A model generated the notes under the pieces. The model did not search any database. It saw only the letters and a program-made list of their open reading frames with translations, and was not told where the DNA came from. From a virus (taxonomy: Duplodnaviria > Caudoviricetes): DNA of 64,000 nt. Both the position numbers and the translations under genes were made by a program. Positions 24,728-32,896 of this stretch are shown one piece after another. Each line of letters opens with the position of its first letter. Positions within the stretch are counted from its first letter, which is position 1. The stretch is from the IMG/VR virus record IMGVR_UViG_3300014208_000023, positions 364,321 through 428,320 of that record; one strand, 5' to 3'.

Positions 24728-25186
24728 CTATATTAATGCGATAAAAGACTTGTAATTTAGACTTGGCTTAGGAGGGGCAAATCTCTGCCCGCCAAGCGGC
24801 TTTTCGAGGGGTTGGCTGTTATCAATTTTCTTAACAAGAATGGAGGCACCAATAGTTCTATACCTATAGTTTTCAGCAGAAGAACCTAGGTTGGTTCGTA
24901 TCTTTTCTTTAGTCTTACCAATAAGACCCGCAAACAAAGTTCCTTTAGAAGAGCCAAAATCAATTGGTAATTTTAAGATTATTCTCCTGCCGATAGAATT
25001 ATCTAGCCCATAATACGTATGAGCATCAATTATTGCTCCAACCGTAAAAACAATACCGCAGTCATCATAGCCATCATTAATCATGAATTTTTCAGAGCAA
25101 GTAACTATTGAGTTCATCCTAATGTTCATTAGGCACTTCAAGTAATTATCAAATTTTGCTTGAGTTTTGAACCCGTGACAAATCAT
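24728..25186 (-). CDS. hypothetical protein (divergent C-x6 family-like N-terminus)
   Basis: 152 aa; KCLMNIRMNS. Confidence 0.65.
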   Translation of the reverse strand: MICHGFKTQAKFDNYLKCLMNIRMNSIVTCSEKFMINDGYDDCGIVFTVGAIIDAHTYYGLDNSIGRRIILKLPIDFGSSKGTLFAGLIGKTKEKIRTNLGSSAENYRYRTIGASILVKKIDNSQPLEKPLGGQRFAPPKPSLNYKSFIALI

Positions 25187-25187
25187 T

Positions 25188-25814
25188 TTAAATCACAATC
25201 TGTGAAGTTACCGAATGCATAATGATGCCAGAAGCAGTTGCGGCATTTAGACTTCTAACCGAACCATACATATCAATATGAACTATTTCTTCACATAGAT
25301 ATTGCATCCCGGTAGTAAGACCGCAACCCTCTTCTCCAAAAATTAGAAGAGGTGGAAGGTCTCTCCTTGAGTTTTTAAACCAAGAGTAGTTGGTTAGGCT
25401 AACTGATCCTGGGATGTTGTCTATTCCAATGAATCTATATTTCCTTTTAAGATCCTTAAGATCCTCAATATTAGGAAGGAATACCACGTCCTTGTAGTGG
25501 TAAGTTCCCTGAGCCCCACGTCTATCAAACCTTTTAGCTCCAACATAAAAGATTTCTTTTACATTGAAAGCGTTTGCGTTACGAATGAACGAGCCGAAGT
25601 TTAGATCGCCTATCCAATTCTCCATACAAACGGCAAAGGGAAAGGCCGTCTCTGCTAGCTTGCTCTTTATAGTTTCAACCGTAAGAGGCTTGAAAGCATC
25701 AATGACATTGAATTTTTGAGCATCGATAAAAAATTGCTTGCCCTGTTTAATAGCTTCACTATGAAGTGGAGAGCTATCAGATAGAGCCGGCTTTGTCTTT
25801 ATCTTCTCTAGCAT
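25188..25814 (-). CDS. SpoU/TrmH-family RNA 2'-O-methyltransferase
   Basis: NFGSFIRNANAF, IFGEEGCGL, IDMYGSVRSLNAATA SPOUT motifs. Confidence 0.9.
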   Translation of the reverse strand: MLEKIKTKPALSDSSPLHSEAIKQGKQFFIDAQKFNVIDAFKPLTVETIKSKLAETAFPFAVCMENWIGDLNFGSFIRNANAFNVKEIFYVGAKRFDRRGAQGTYHYKDVVFLPNIEDLKDLKRKYRFIGIDNIPGSVSLTNYSWFKNSRRDLPPLLIFGEEGCGLTTGMQYLCEEIVHIDMYGSVRSLNAATASGIIMHSVTSQIVI

Positions 25815-25848
25815 TAGAATTCCTTTAAATGTGAGATATATAGATCAT

Positions 25849-26430
25849 ATGATGTATTTCGTCTATATAATAGAGAATAAAATTACCGGAGGATTTTACG
25901 TTGGTAAGACAAGTAATATCGATAAGCGATGGAAAAGACATTTGACCATAGCCAAGGGCTCTTCGGCTAAGTATTTGAAAGAATGTTTTTATTTGCATTC
26001 TTCCATTAGAAGACACGGCATTGATAACTTCACGATTCGAGTATCGGGTACTTACAATACCGAGCGACAAGCATTCGATAATGAAATTAGTCTCATTGCC
26101 AAGTTGAAAGCCGAAGGCTTCAAACTATATAACCTCACAAATGGAGGTGAGGGATCTTCTGGGCGGAAACACTCGGATGAGTCAAAACGTAAAATATCCT
26201 TATCGTTAATTGGCCATAAGCATACTGAGGAGGCTAAACAGAAAATAGCCGCAGCTAATGTGGGGAGCGGGCGTAATTTGGGTATTACCCGCTCCAAAGA
26301 AACTAGACAAAAAATATCATTGGGAGGAAAAGGCAATACTAATAGTTTAGGTCACAAACATTCGGAAGAATCAAAACTAAAAATGTCTATCGCCAAAAAA
26401 GCGAGAAACGCTCTGAAGCAACAGAGTTAA
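25849..26430 (+). CDS. free-standing GIY-YIG homing endonuclease with NUMOD3-like repeats
   Basis: YFVYIIEN...FYVGKT, YNLTNGGEG, repeated HSDESKRKIS units. Confidence 0.9.
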   Translation: MMYFVYIIENKITGGFYVGKTSNIDKRWKRHLTIAKGSSAKYLKECFYLHSSIRRHGIDNFTIRVSGTYNTERQAFDNEISLIAKLKAEGFKLYNLTNGGEGSSGRKHSDESKRKISLSLIGHKHTEEAKQKIAAANVGSGRNLGITRSKETRQKISLGGKGNTNSLGHKHSEESKLKMSIAKKARNALKQQS

Positions 26431-26460
26431 AAATATCTCATACCAAAGGTATGGATACAA

Positions 26461-26700
26461 TTAATCCTCGACCCACGAGTTTCCGCAGTTTGAACATTTC
26501 AAATGAAGGTGCGCTACAGTAGAGGCGCAAACCTTCTTGCCGAAGAAGATGAATCGCTTAATCCCATAGCAAAGTTTGCTTTTAGAGATTAGTGATGTCT
26601 TCGTTGTTTTACACGAAGAGCACAGAGATTTCTTATATTTAAGAGCCGCATTCCGCAGTTTTCTTTGTTCTGGTGACGGAAAGTTAATAATCTGTGCCAT
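26461..26700 (-). CDS. small Zn-ribbon protein
   Basis: CSSC...HLHLKCSNCGNSW. Confidence 0.7.
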   Translation of the reverse strand: MAQIINFPSPEQRKLRNAALKYKKSLCSSCKTTKTSLISKSKLCYGIKRFIFFGKKVCASTVAHLHLKCSNCGNSWVED

Positions 26701-26746
26701 TTGAGCGCTTTCTAAAAACTCTAGAATCGTATGATATATCTATACG

Positions 26747-27364
26747 ATGTTCTTCGTTTATCTTATAAAGAATTTTGTTAATGGAAAATTATATGTTGGC
26801 AAGACTAACGACATTAAAATCCGATGGAGACAGCATAAAAAAATTGCTGCTGGTGGCAAGGCCAAATACCCAAAAGAGTATAGCTACATACATTCGGCTA
26901 TTTCTAAATATGGAACAGAAAATTTCAAAATATCTATTTTATATAGATACGATAATGAAAATGAAGCTTTGGAAGATGAAATTTATCACATAGCTCGTTT
27001 AAAAAACGAAGGTTACGAACTATATAATCTTACGGATGGTGGGGATGGATCTTCCGGATATAAATTTTCTGAAGAAAGCAAACGAAAAATGTCCATAACT
27101 CATATTGGCATGAGACATACTGAAGAGTCTAAATGCAAAATGTCCTTAGCTCAAAAGGGCAATACCAATAATTTGGGCAAAAAACATTCGGACGAAACTA
27201 AAAAGAAAATGTCTGAATGGCAGATTGGCAAAACGCTTTCCATTGAAACGAAGAAAAAAATATCTTCAGCACATTTGGGAATGAAAGCTTCTGAAGCGAC
27301 CAAACAAAAAATGTCTCTTGCGAAGATTGGTAAATCCAATAAATCATCTTCCGGCAATTTTTGA
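26747..27364 (+). CDS. free-standing GIY-YIG homing endonuclease with NUMOD3-like repeats
   Basis: FFVYLIKN...LYVGKT, YNLTDGGDG, HSDETKKKMS repeats; paralog of 25849-26430. Confidence 0.9.
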   Translation: MFFVYLIKNFVNGKLYVGKTNDIKIRWRQHKKIAAGGKAKYPKEYSYIHSAISKYGTENFKISILYRYDNENEALEDEIYHIARLKNEGYELYNLTDGGDGSSGYKFSEESKRKMSITHIGMRHTEESKCKMSLAQKGNTNNLGKKHSDETKKKMSEWQIGKTLSIETKKKISSAHLGMKASEATKQKMSLAKIGKSNKSSSGNF

Positions 27365-29539
27365 TTGCTTTTGTTCTTCTTCTACAGAAAGAAAGTCTTC
27401 TAGACCAGAAGAATTACTTTCATCTTCGACTCTAATCTTTAGATCTTGAGTAGATGTCATGGCCTCCAAAGCAGATTTAAAAATCACTTCCATAAGTTCA
27501 TTGCCAGCGATCGTCATACCGCTAACCCTAAACTCCTTGGAAAGAGCTAGGAGTCGAAGCATATTAGCGCTTGCATCTGGACTATCTACTCCCGGAATTT
27601 GAGGAATGGCAATTCCCAGAGTGATAGCCATAGCGGCCTTGCCATATTCAGTTCCAAGAATTTCAGATAGAGCATTAGCCTTTGTAGCGCTACCATCCTT
27701 ATTCCTTAGAGAATTTACGATTGCTCCATGAGTAACTGTAAGGGCTTGCTTCGCAACGATTCTATAACCGGCCTTTTTAAGGTCGGCTTTTAGCGGAGCA
27801 TACTTATTGATGGTGAGTCCAGCGGTAGCATGTTCAGGAAACACTGCTGGCTTTGAAATTGCCGAGTTACCCTTAACACCCAACCTACGAGTATGTCCCG
27901 GAGACATTGCCCAATATCTTGAGTCTAGATTTGAATCCAAACTTGACGAATCTAGAAAAGATGAGTCCTGATAACCTTCCCATCCAAATTTTAGCTTGTC
28001 CTTAAGACGAAGGACTGGGCCGTGTTCTGTCGCTCCTACTACAATGCCCCGGCGAAGCTTGTGTGCATTTTGCACAGAAATTACGTCATCGTCATCGACG
28101 GAGACGCCAAACTCCAACTCTTCTCCTAGCCTATATCCAAGCTTGGCTAGATTGTTCCTGACAACATTGTCCTTATAAAGGAGATTGGCTTTCTTGATAT
28201 TTTCCTTCTTGAAGGACCAGAACTTCTTATTCTTACCACAATAAGTCGAATGAATAAGTTTGAAATATTCTGGGCCATATGCCTCACTCCAAGAGCCAAC
28301 AATGGAAGTGGATGGCTCAACCATTACGGAGCCGTTGAGATAGCCGGCTACTTTACCATTGCGCACGTATTTGGCGCCAACCGGATTTGTTGATGTAGGA
28401 TTGCCCAAGGCATCGCAAGCGTAACTTACGTCATCTCCAACTCTCAACCCAAGAGAACGAAGATCGCTAAAAATAGCGGAATCTTTCTTGTCGGCTTCCA
28501 TAGCCGCTGCTTTCTTGACGGCCTCCATAGCCTCTGCTTTCTTGGCTGCCTCAAGAGACAGCTTGTCCTTATGCATCTTGTATTCTGTAGCAGTTTTCAT
28601 CGCATGCTTGGTTAGACAGAATGCCATAGACTCGGTATCTTTAAACCGAGAGTGTGAGTGATCTCTCTGCAACGGCTTATAGTTAATACCTGGGGCTTTA
28701 ATGTGGCCAGCGGTATCAGTATATGCGACTAGAGGGTAATTTCCATCGTGACCGATTACGATTAGTTCTCGGTCGGGATTTGGCGCACCAGACCAATAAA
28801 CAAGGCCTCCAACTACTAGACCTTCTTTAGTGAGTCTTTCAGTAATTGCCTTGTCTTTTTCGGCCTGGGTAGCGACGGCCGGAGTAGTTGCAACTGGTAC
28901 GATTTTTGTGGCTGCAACTTCGGCTACACGTTTCGCTTCAGCTACACGTTTCGCTTCGACGCAAGTATCGAAAACAGAAGCAGAAAACTCAATATATCTG
29001 CCTGATTGAGTAAAAGACGAGTGCAGTTTTGATGAACCGTGAGATTGGGTGGCGCAATAATATCTCTCTTTCGTTGGGCCATCAATAAGAAGAACCGGAT
29101 TACCACGGCAAACTCCGGCGACGTAACCGACAATTCCATAGGAAGATTGGGAAACAATCCTTTGCCCAAGAGAAAGGCCAATTTCCTTTAGCTCCTTTAC
29201 AATTCTGGCGTCTTCCGTATCAGTAACTTTTACCGTATCTTTTGGATAAAGAGACCAAATTGCTTTTGAAGCAATATCCTTATGAAAGTCATAATGAACA
29301 TTACTTTCCGTTTGGGTACGAGAGGTTGGGAACCCTGAAAAAAGGACTAGTGCAAAGTCGTGATCACGATCATGACCGACAACAACTCCAACCGAGGACA
29401 TCCCAACAGCTTTGATCTTATCTCCAACCTTAAGGCCGGAGACTTTCAGTCGAGAATTGATGGCGTCTCCCTGAAGTCGCAATGCAAGCGACTTATCTGC
29501 ATCATTCACGGTGGTGATGGTTTCTTCCGGAGTCTTCAC
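27344..29539 (-). CDS. AAYRV-domain family protein E with five tandem SH3-like modules
   Basis: Modules GLKVGD, GLSLGQ, GLVVGG, GLRVGD, GYRLGE, then DLKKAGYRIV...SKEFRVSGMTIAGN. Confidence 0.8.
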   Translation of the reverse strand: MKTPEETITTVNDADKSLALRLQGDAINSRLKVSGLKVGDKIKAVGMSSVGVVVGHDRDHDFALVLFSGFPTSRTQTESNVHYDFHKDIASKAIWSLYPKDTVKVTDTEDARIVKELKEIGLSLGQRIVSQSSYGIVGYVAGVCRGNPVLLIDGPTKERYYCATQSHGSSKLHSSFTQSGRYIEFSASVFDTCVEAKRVAEAKRVAEVAATKIVPVATTPAVATQAEKDKAITERLTKEGLVVGGLVYWSGAPNPDRELIVIGHDGNYPLVAYTDTAGHIKAPGINYKPLQRDHSHSRFKDTESMAFCLTKHAMKTATEYKMHKDKLSLEAAKKAEAMEAVKKAAAMEADKKDSAIFSDLRSLGLRVGDDVSYACDALGNPTSTNPVGAKYVRNGKVAGYLNGSVMVEPSTSIVGSWSEAYGPEYFKLIHSTYCGKNKKFWSFKKENIKKANLLYKDNVVRNNLAKLGYRLGEELEFGVSVDDDDVISVQNAHKLRRGIVVGATEHGPVLRLKDKLKFGWEGYQDSSFLDSSSLDSNLDSRYWAMSPGHTRRLGVKGNSAISKPAVFPEHATAGLTINKYAPLKADLKKAGYRIVAKQALTVTHGAIVNSLRNKDGSATKANALSEILGTEYGKAAMAITLGIAIPQIPGVDSPDASANMLRLLALSKEFRVSGMTIAGNELMEVIFKSALEAMTSTQDLKIRVEDESNSSGLEDFLSVEEEQKQSKIAGR

Positions 29540-29548
29540 TTAAATGAC

Positions 29549-29725
29549 CTACTTTAGCTTGTTGGTTATAAACAGATAGAAAATGTATGCAAAGAAGAAT
29601 GCAAACATTGCGGCACAACATAACCAACTGATAAATTGGTAGTGCGCCGGTAAAACAATAACGCCAATTATTCCTGCTACAAAAATAATTGTAAGCAATA
29701 CATATGACCAAAATAAATCAATCAT
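29549..29725 (-). CDS. small membrane protein
   Basis: Likely start MIDLFWSY; two TM segments. Confidence 0.6.
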   Translation of the reverse strand: MIDLFWSYVLLTIIFVAGIIGVIVLPAHYQFISWLCCAAMFAFFFAYIFYLFITNKLK

Positions 29726-29966
29726 TGTCAGCCTTACTTCGCCCTCGGATAACATGCGGAGCAATACCGCCAGCCTTACCGGCAGCAACGGCTTCTTCCG
29801 AAGTGTATCGGTGAGCAACGCCAAGCTCATGCGCTTTCTTTCCGCCAAGAGCAGAGATTGCCGCCCTCTTTTCTGGAGACATTGCGGCAAATCCGCGGAG
29901 CCTTTTAGGCTTCACTGGCGCGGAAACAACGACTTCAATTTCGGCAAATTCTTCGTCATTATGCAT
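29718..29966 (-). CDS. KGG-repeat stress-induced protein (YciG/GsiB-like)
   Basis: RGFAAMSPEKRAAISALGG...AHRYTSEEAVAAGKAGG. Confidence 0.85.
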   Translation of the reverse strand: MHNDEEFAEIEVVVSAPVKPKRLRGFAAMSPEKRAAISALGGKKAHELGVAHRYTSEEAVAAGKAGGIAPHVIRGRSKADND

Positions 29967-30136
29967 TTCAAATTACCTTTGGTATTTTGCTTGTAGCCTT
30001 AGAAAACTAAGCATGCCAGACTCAAAACTAATCTGGTTCTCGTATGCCGTTACGCTTTCTGCCCATTCCAATTCATCCTGATCGACTTGAAGAGTCGGAA
30101 CGTGATAGAACCATATGAGGAAAGCAATAATTATCA

Positions 30137-30358
30137 CTAATGACCAAACATGAATCTAACGAACATTCCAACGAATGCGCAGAAACCAGATGCGATGCCC
30201 AATACAAATAGGACTAGAGATCCAGTTACAATTTTAGTTCCGGCTGAATCTGGATTTCCAGGCGTTGCTTTGTGGATAAAGTGCCCGATTACAAATGAGA
30301 CAGCACAGGTTGCAATGATGGCAGCAATTCCAAGAACAACACTTTCAAGAAAAAACAT
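30137..30358 (-). CDS. small membrane protein
   Basis: 73 aa, two TM segments. Confidence 0.65.
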   Translation of the reverse strand: MFFLESVVLGIAAIIATCAVSFVIGHFIHKATPGNPDSAGTKIVTGSLVLFVLGIASGFCAFVGMFVRFMFGH

Positions 30359-30523
30359 TTATCAAAACCTTCCGAGTAGATACTTGTCGAAGATGACAAT
30401 GGGCAATAGAAGAGGGGCGAACCAAAATAGCATCTTGCCTACTTCTCGCGTCTTCTCGTCTCGAAGCATGAGGTGATACCAGAGAACGTATGATAGCATG
30501 ACATAGTATAGCAAATACTTCAT

Positions 30524-30750
30524 TATCAGTTCTCCGTAGAAATTAATGTAACGGATTTGCTACTAGGCTCCGTTACAGCCTATCCGAATTACATCGGCAA
30601 TATTGGGGACGAATATGGAGTATTAGTCACATACCCGCCATCCCTCTGTAGCAATGTGCGGACTTAGTATAAAAAAGCCGCACAAATCATAGTTTTTATT
30701 TATCAATCTAGTTGATTTGAAGGAGGGAGAATCAATCACCCTCGGTCCTT
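30524..30750 (-). ncRNA. candidate structured 5' leader / ncRNA
   Basis: About 225 nt non-coding stretch after a promoter with four hairpins, two mutually exclusive. Confidence 0.4.
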
Positions 30751-30755
30751 CTCAT

Positions 30756-30783
30756 AACGTAAGCACGATCGGCGTGGCGTCAA
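30756..30783 (-). promoter_or_regulatory. sigma70-type promoter
   Basis: TTGACG-16-TACGTT. Confidence 0.65.
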
Positions 30784-30822
30784 GTCGGCAATGTTCGTGC
30801 CAGCGTCGAACATGGGCGCTTT

Positions 30823-31161
30823 CTATGTGGGAGCGGAACAGGTGCAAGGCTCTTTATGAAAAAGAGCGCTGGCCTTTTCGTATGCATCTTCTAAAAGTTT
30901 TAGCTGCGTATCTGATGCTATACCAGTAGATAGTATATGGTGGTCGCCCGAATTTCTCCATCTCTTGGAGCGGGTTCTTTGGATGCCAATACTAGCACAC
31001 TTTTGACGAAGGGCCCCATGCTTATAGCAACCTTCAGATATAACCGGTTGCGGCTTTGGAGTATATCTTACGATTGCTTTAGATATCTCTGATGGAGGAA
31101 GTTCCATCGTAAGCTTCTTTAAGGCATTTAATTCCTTAAGCTCTTGTAGAGATAGGCTCAT
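30823..31161 (-). CDS. hypothetical protein
   Basis: 112 aa. Confidence 0.65.
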   Translation of the reverse strand: MSLSLQELKELNALKKLTMELPPSEISKAIVRYTPKPQPVISEGCYKHGALRQKCASIGIQRTRSKRWRNSGDHHILSTGIASDTQLKLLEDAYEKASALFHKEPCTCSAPT

Positions 31162-31309
31162 ATGGCGCCCACGAATGGTTTCCTTGGAGGGCTCTTATTC
31201 TCTTTTCGCTTCCTATCCAAATTGCGAAGATAGCGGCAAGTTAGGCAATTGCAGTCTGCTCTTACCCAAATAGGAACATTATTATCGTTTAGAATTGATT
31301 TATCTTTTT

Positions 31310-31693
31310 TCATTTTACATCAAACCAGATTGGTGTAGAATCATTCCAAACACAATTATAATTAACGAATAGTTCTTCGTCCTTTTTAATTGGGCGAACT
31401 GTTTTAATTACTAACCTATTGTTAGTATGGTCTGTAGTGTATTGGCAATTTGATTTATAGGAATGGTTATAAAGAGAGCCCCAACCTAATGCTATTGCCA
31501 TCTTCTTGCCTGAAGAACCCCACTGAAAAACATAATTAGACATCTTTGTCTTTAAGATGTTTTCCACTTCTTTTACTGGAAAAACGATCATTGGAGAAAT
31601 TTCAACAATGATGCCTTTTTTTATAGGCTCTTTAGTGAAGACTCCCCTTCCTCGTTTGGGGGATTTTTTAATATGAAGATATGGCTTAATCAT
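31310..31693 (-). CDS. SET-domain protein (lysine methyltransferase fold)
   Basis: GRGVFT, LYNHSYKSN, IKKDEELFVNY. Confidence 0.9.
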   Translation of the reverse strand: MIKPYLHIKKSPKRGRGVFTKEPIKKGIIVEISPMIVFPVKEVENILKTKMSNYVFQWGSSGKKMAIALGWGSLYNHSYKSNCQYTTDHTNNRLVIKTVRPIKKDEELFVNYNCVWNDSTPIWFDVK

Positions 31694-32064
31694 TTCGATT
31701 CGCGTTTGGCAAAAGGAATTGCTTCTAGCTCACAAATTGCAGCCCACCGATTGAACTTTTCGGTTTCAGCCCTAGCAATTATTCCAGATAGCATTCTGAA
31801 TCCAAGTCCAAGCATGGCTGATCCGTAAATGAATAGCGCTCCCTGAAGTAATGGTAAAAAGAACGGGATCGGATAGTTATTGCCGACTAGGTAAAGAATC
31901 ATTAACATGAGGCCGCACGAAATGCCATATGAGAAAAACACCCTAAACATTAGGCTCTTATGCTGGCGGCGATGGTGTTCTACCATAATTGCTGCATTGG
32001 CATATCTAGAGGTAAAGGTATGAAGAGTATTTTGTCCGCTAAAACGTGAGGCATCCATATTCAT
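31690..32064 (-). CDS. membrane protein (start uncertain)
   Basis: Two TM segments in C-terminal part; track ORF extends into deaminase gene. Confidence 0.55.
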   Translation of the reverse strand: MNMDASRFSGQNTLHTFTSRYANAAIMVEHHRRQHKSLMFRVFFSYGISCGLMLMILYLVGNNYPIPFFLPLLQGALFIYGSAMLGLGFRMLSGIIARAETEKFNRWAAICELEAIPFAKRESK

Positions 32065-32383
32065 TAGGTCCAATAGTGTAATAAACTCTTTTAACATAAG
32101 CCCTGCGAAGAGATCGCTCGCAATCCTTACAAGGCTTGGACATTGCCCAAATACCATCCTTGGTAGTTCGAGCCACAAAGACAGTGGCTCCCCTATCAAG
32201 CTTACGACAAAGCCGACCTTCTGAATGGTGGGCCGGCGTAGGGAACTTGGGCGCTCCGTTACAAGACCTAACGATAGCTCCGTCTCCTCGGACAGCAATA
32301 CTGCCAACGCGGAAATGCCTATCGTCCTCCTTCATGTGGGAAATAACGACGGCCTCATCGAGCATTTTAGTAATACTTTTCAT
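32039..32383 (-). CDS. Zn-dependent cytidine/deoxycytidylate deaminase-fold protein
   Basis: HHSEGRL (HxE) and SKPCKDC (PCxxC), VKRVYYT. Confidence 0.85.
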   Translation of the reverse strand: MKSITKMLDEAVVISHMKEDDRHFRVGSIAVRGDGAIVRSCNGAPKFPTPAHHSEGRLCRKLDRGATVFVARTTKDGIWAMSKPCKDCERSLRRAYVKRVYYTIGPNEYGCLTF

Positions 32384-32391
32384 TTTTTAAT

Positions 32392-32463
32392 TGGTTGTCA
32401 GGTAGGGAATTGCACCCTAGCTCCAGCCCTAGATGGCTAGGAGCACAATCTAGTGCCCTGACA
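32392..32463 (-). ncRNA. tRNA-like RNA with 4-nt loop in place of anticodon (CCA encoded)
   Basis: TGTCAGG GCAC TAGATT GTGC T CCTAG CCAT CTAGG GCTGGAGC TAGGG TGCAATT CCCTA CCTGACA A CCA. Confidence 0.7.
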
Positions 32464-32469
32464 CATAGT

Positions 32470-32497
32470 ATCATAACCACCGTTGCCGTCGTGTCAA
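32470..32497 (-). promoter_or_regulatory. sigma70-type promoter with -35 inside a 12-bp inverted repeat
   Basis: TTGACA-16-TATGAT; GTTGCCGTCGTG 32482-32493 / CACGACGGCAAC 32503-32514. Confidence 0.8.
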
Positions 32498-32631
32498 GGG
32501 CCCACGACGGCAACAAGAAGCGTGCCAGCGGAATTACTTCAGATATTTTTTAGCAACATCCAAAAGCTCCCACACTATAATTCCGCAAAGCCATCCCCAT
32601 GAAAATGCTTCTGATCTAACCATCTCCCACA

Positions 32632-32883
32632 TTAGAGGACAGCCTTTAGGATGCTTTGAAGCAAAGTATCATCGCTATCTGCAATTTTTCTTACAGAAGT
32701 AAGATCGTTTTCCTCAACAGAAATCTCGTATTCCATACCGTCTGGATTGCTAGTTCCCGCCGGCCAGTCCTTACTAACTATCATCCTGGCCTCCTCCATA
32801 AGAAGAGGGTCTTCTGTATCTAAAACCTTCGCCGGCATCTGAATCCCGGCGAACCCACTACTACGCTTGACTGTAATTTTCAT
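32632..32883 (-). CDS. emfourin-like (protealysin inhibitor) protein
   Basis: MKITVKRSSGFAG...PDGMEYEISVE, immediately downstream of M4 protease. Confidence 0.75.
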   Translation of the reverse strand: MKITVKRSSGFAGIQMPAKVLDTEDPLLMEEARMIVSKDWPAGTSNPDGMEYEISVEENDLTSVRKIADSDDTLLQSILKAVL

Positions 32884-32896
32884 TTTTAGCCTTCTT

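Noticed and set aside
25815-27364. Group I introns hosting the GIY-YIG ORFs
   Set aside because: The flanking genes are complete, and there is no spare sequence for an intron core.
28923-28957. 17-nt tandem duplication (EAKRVA x2)
   Set aside because: In-frame linker duplication inside a coding region; no evidence of a regulatory role.
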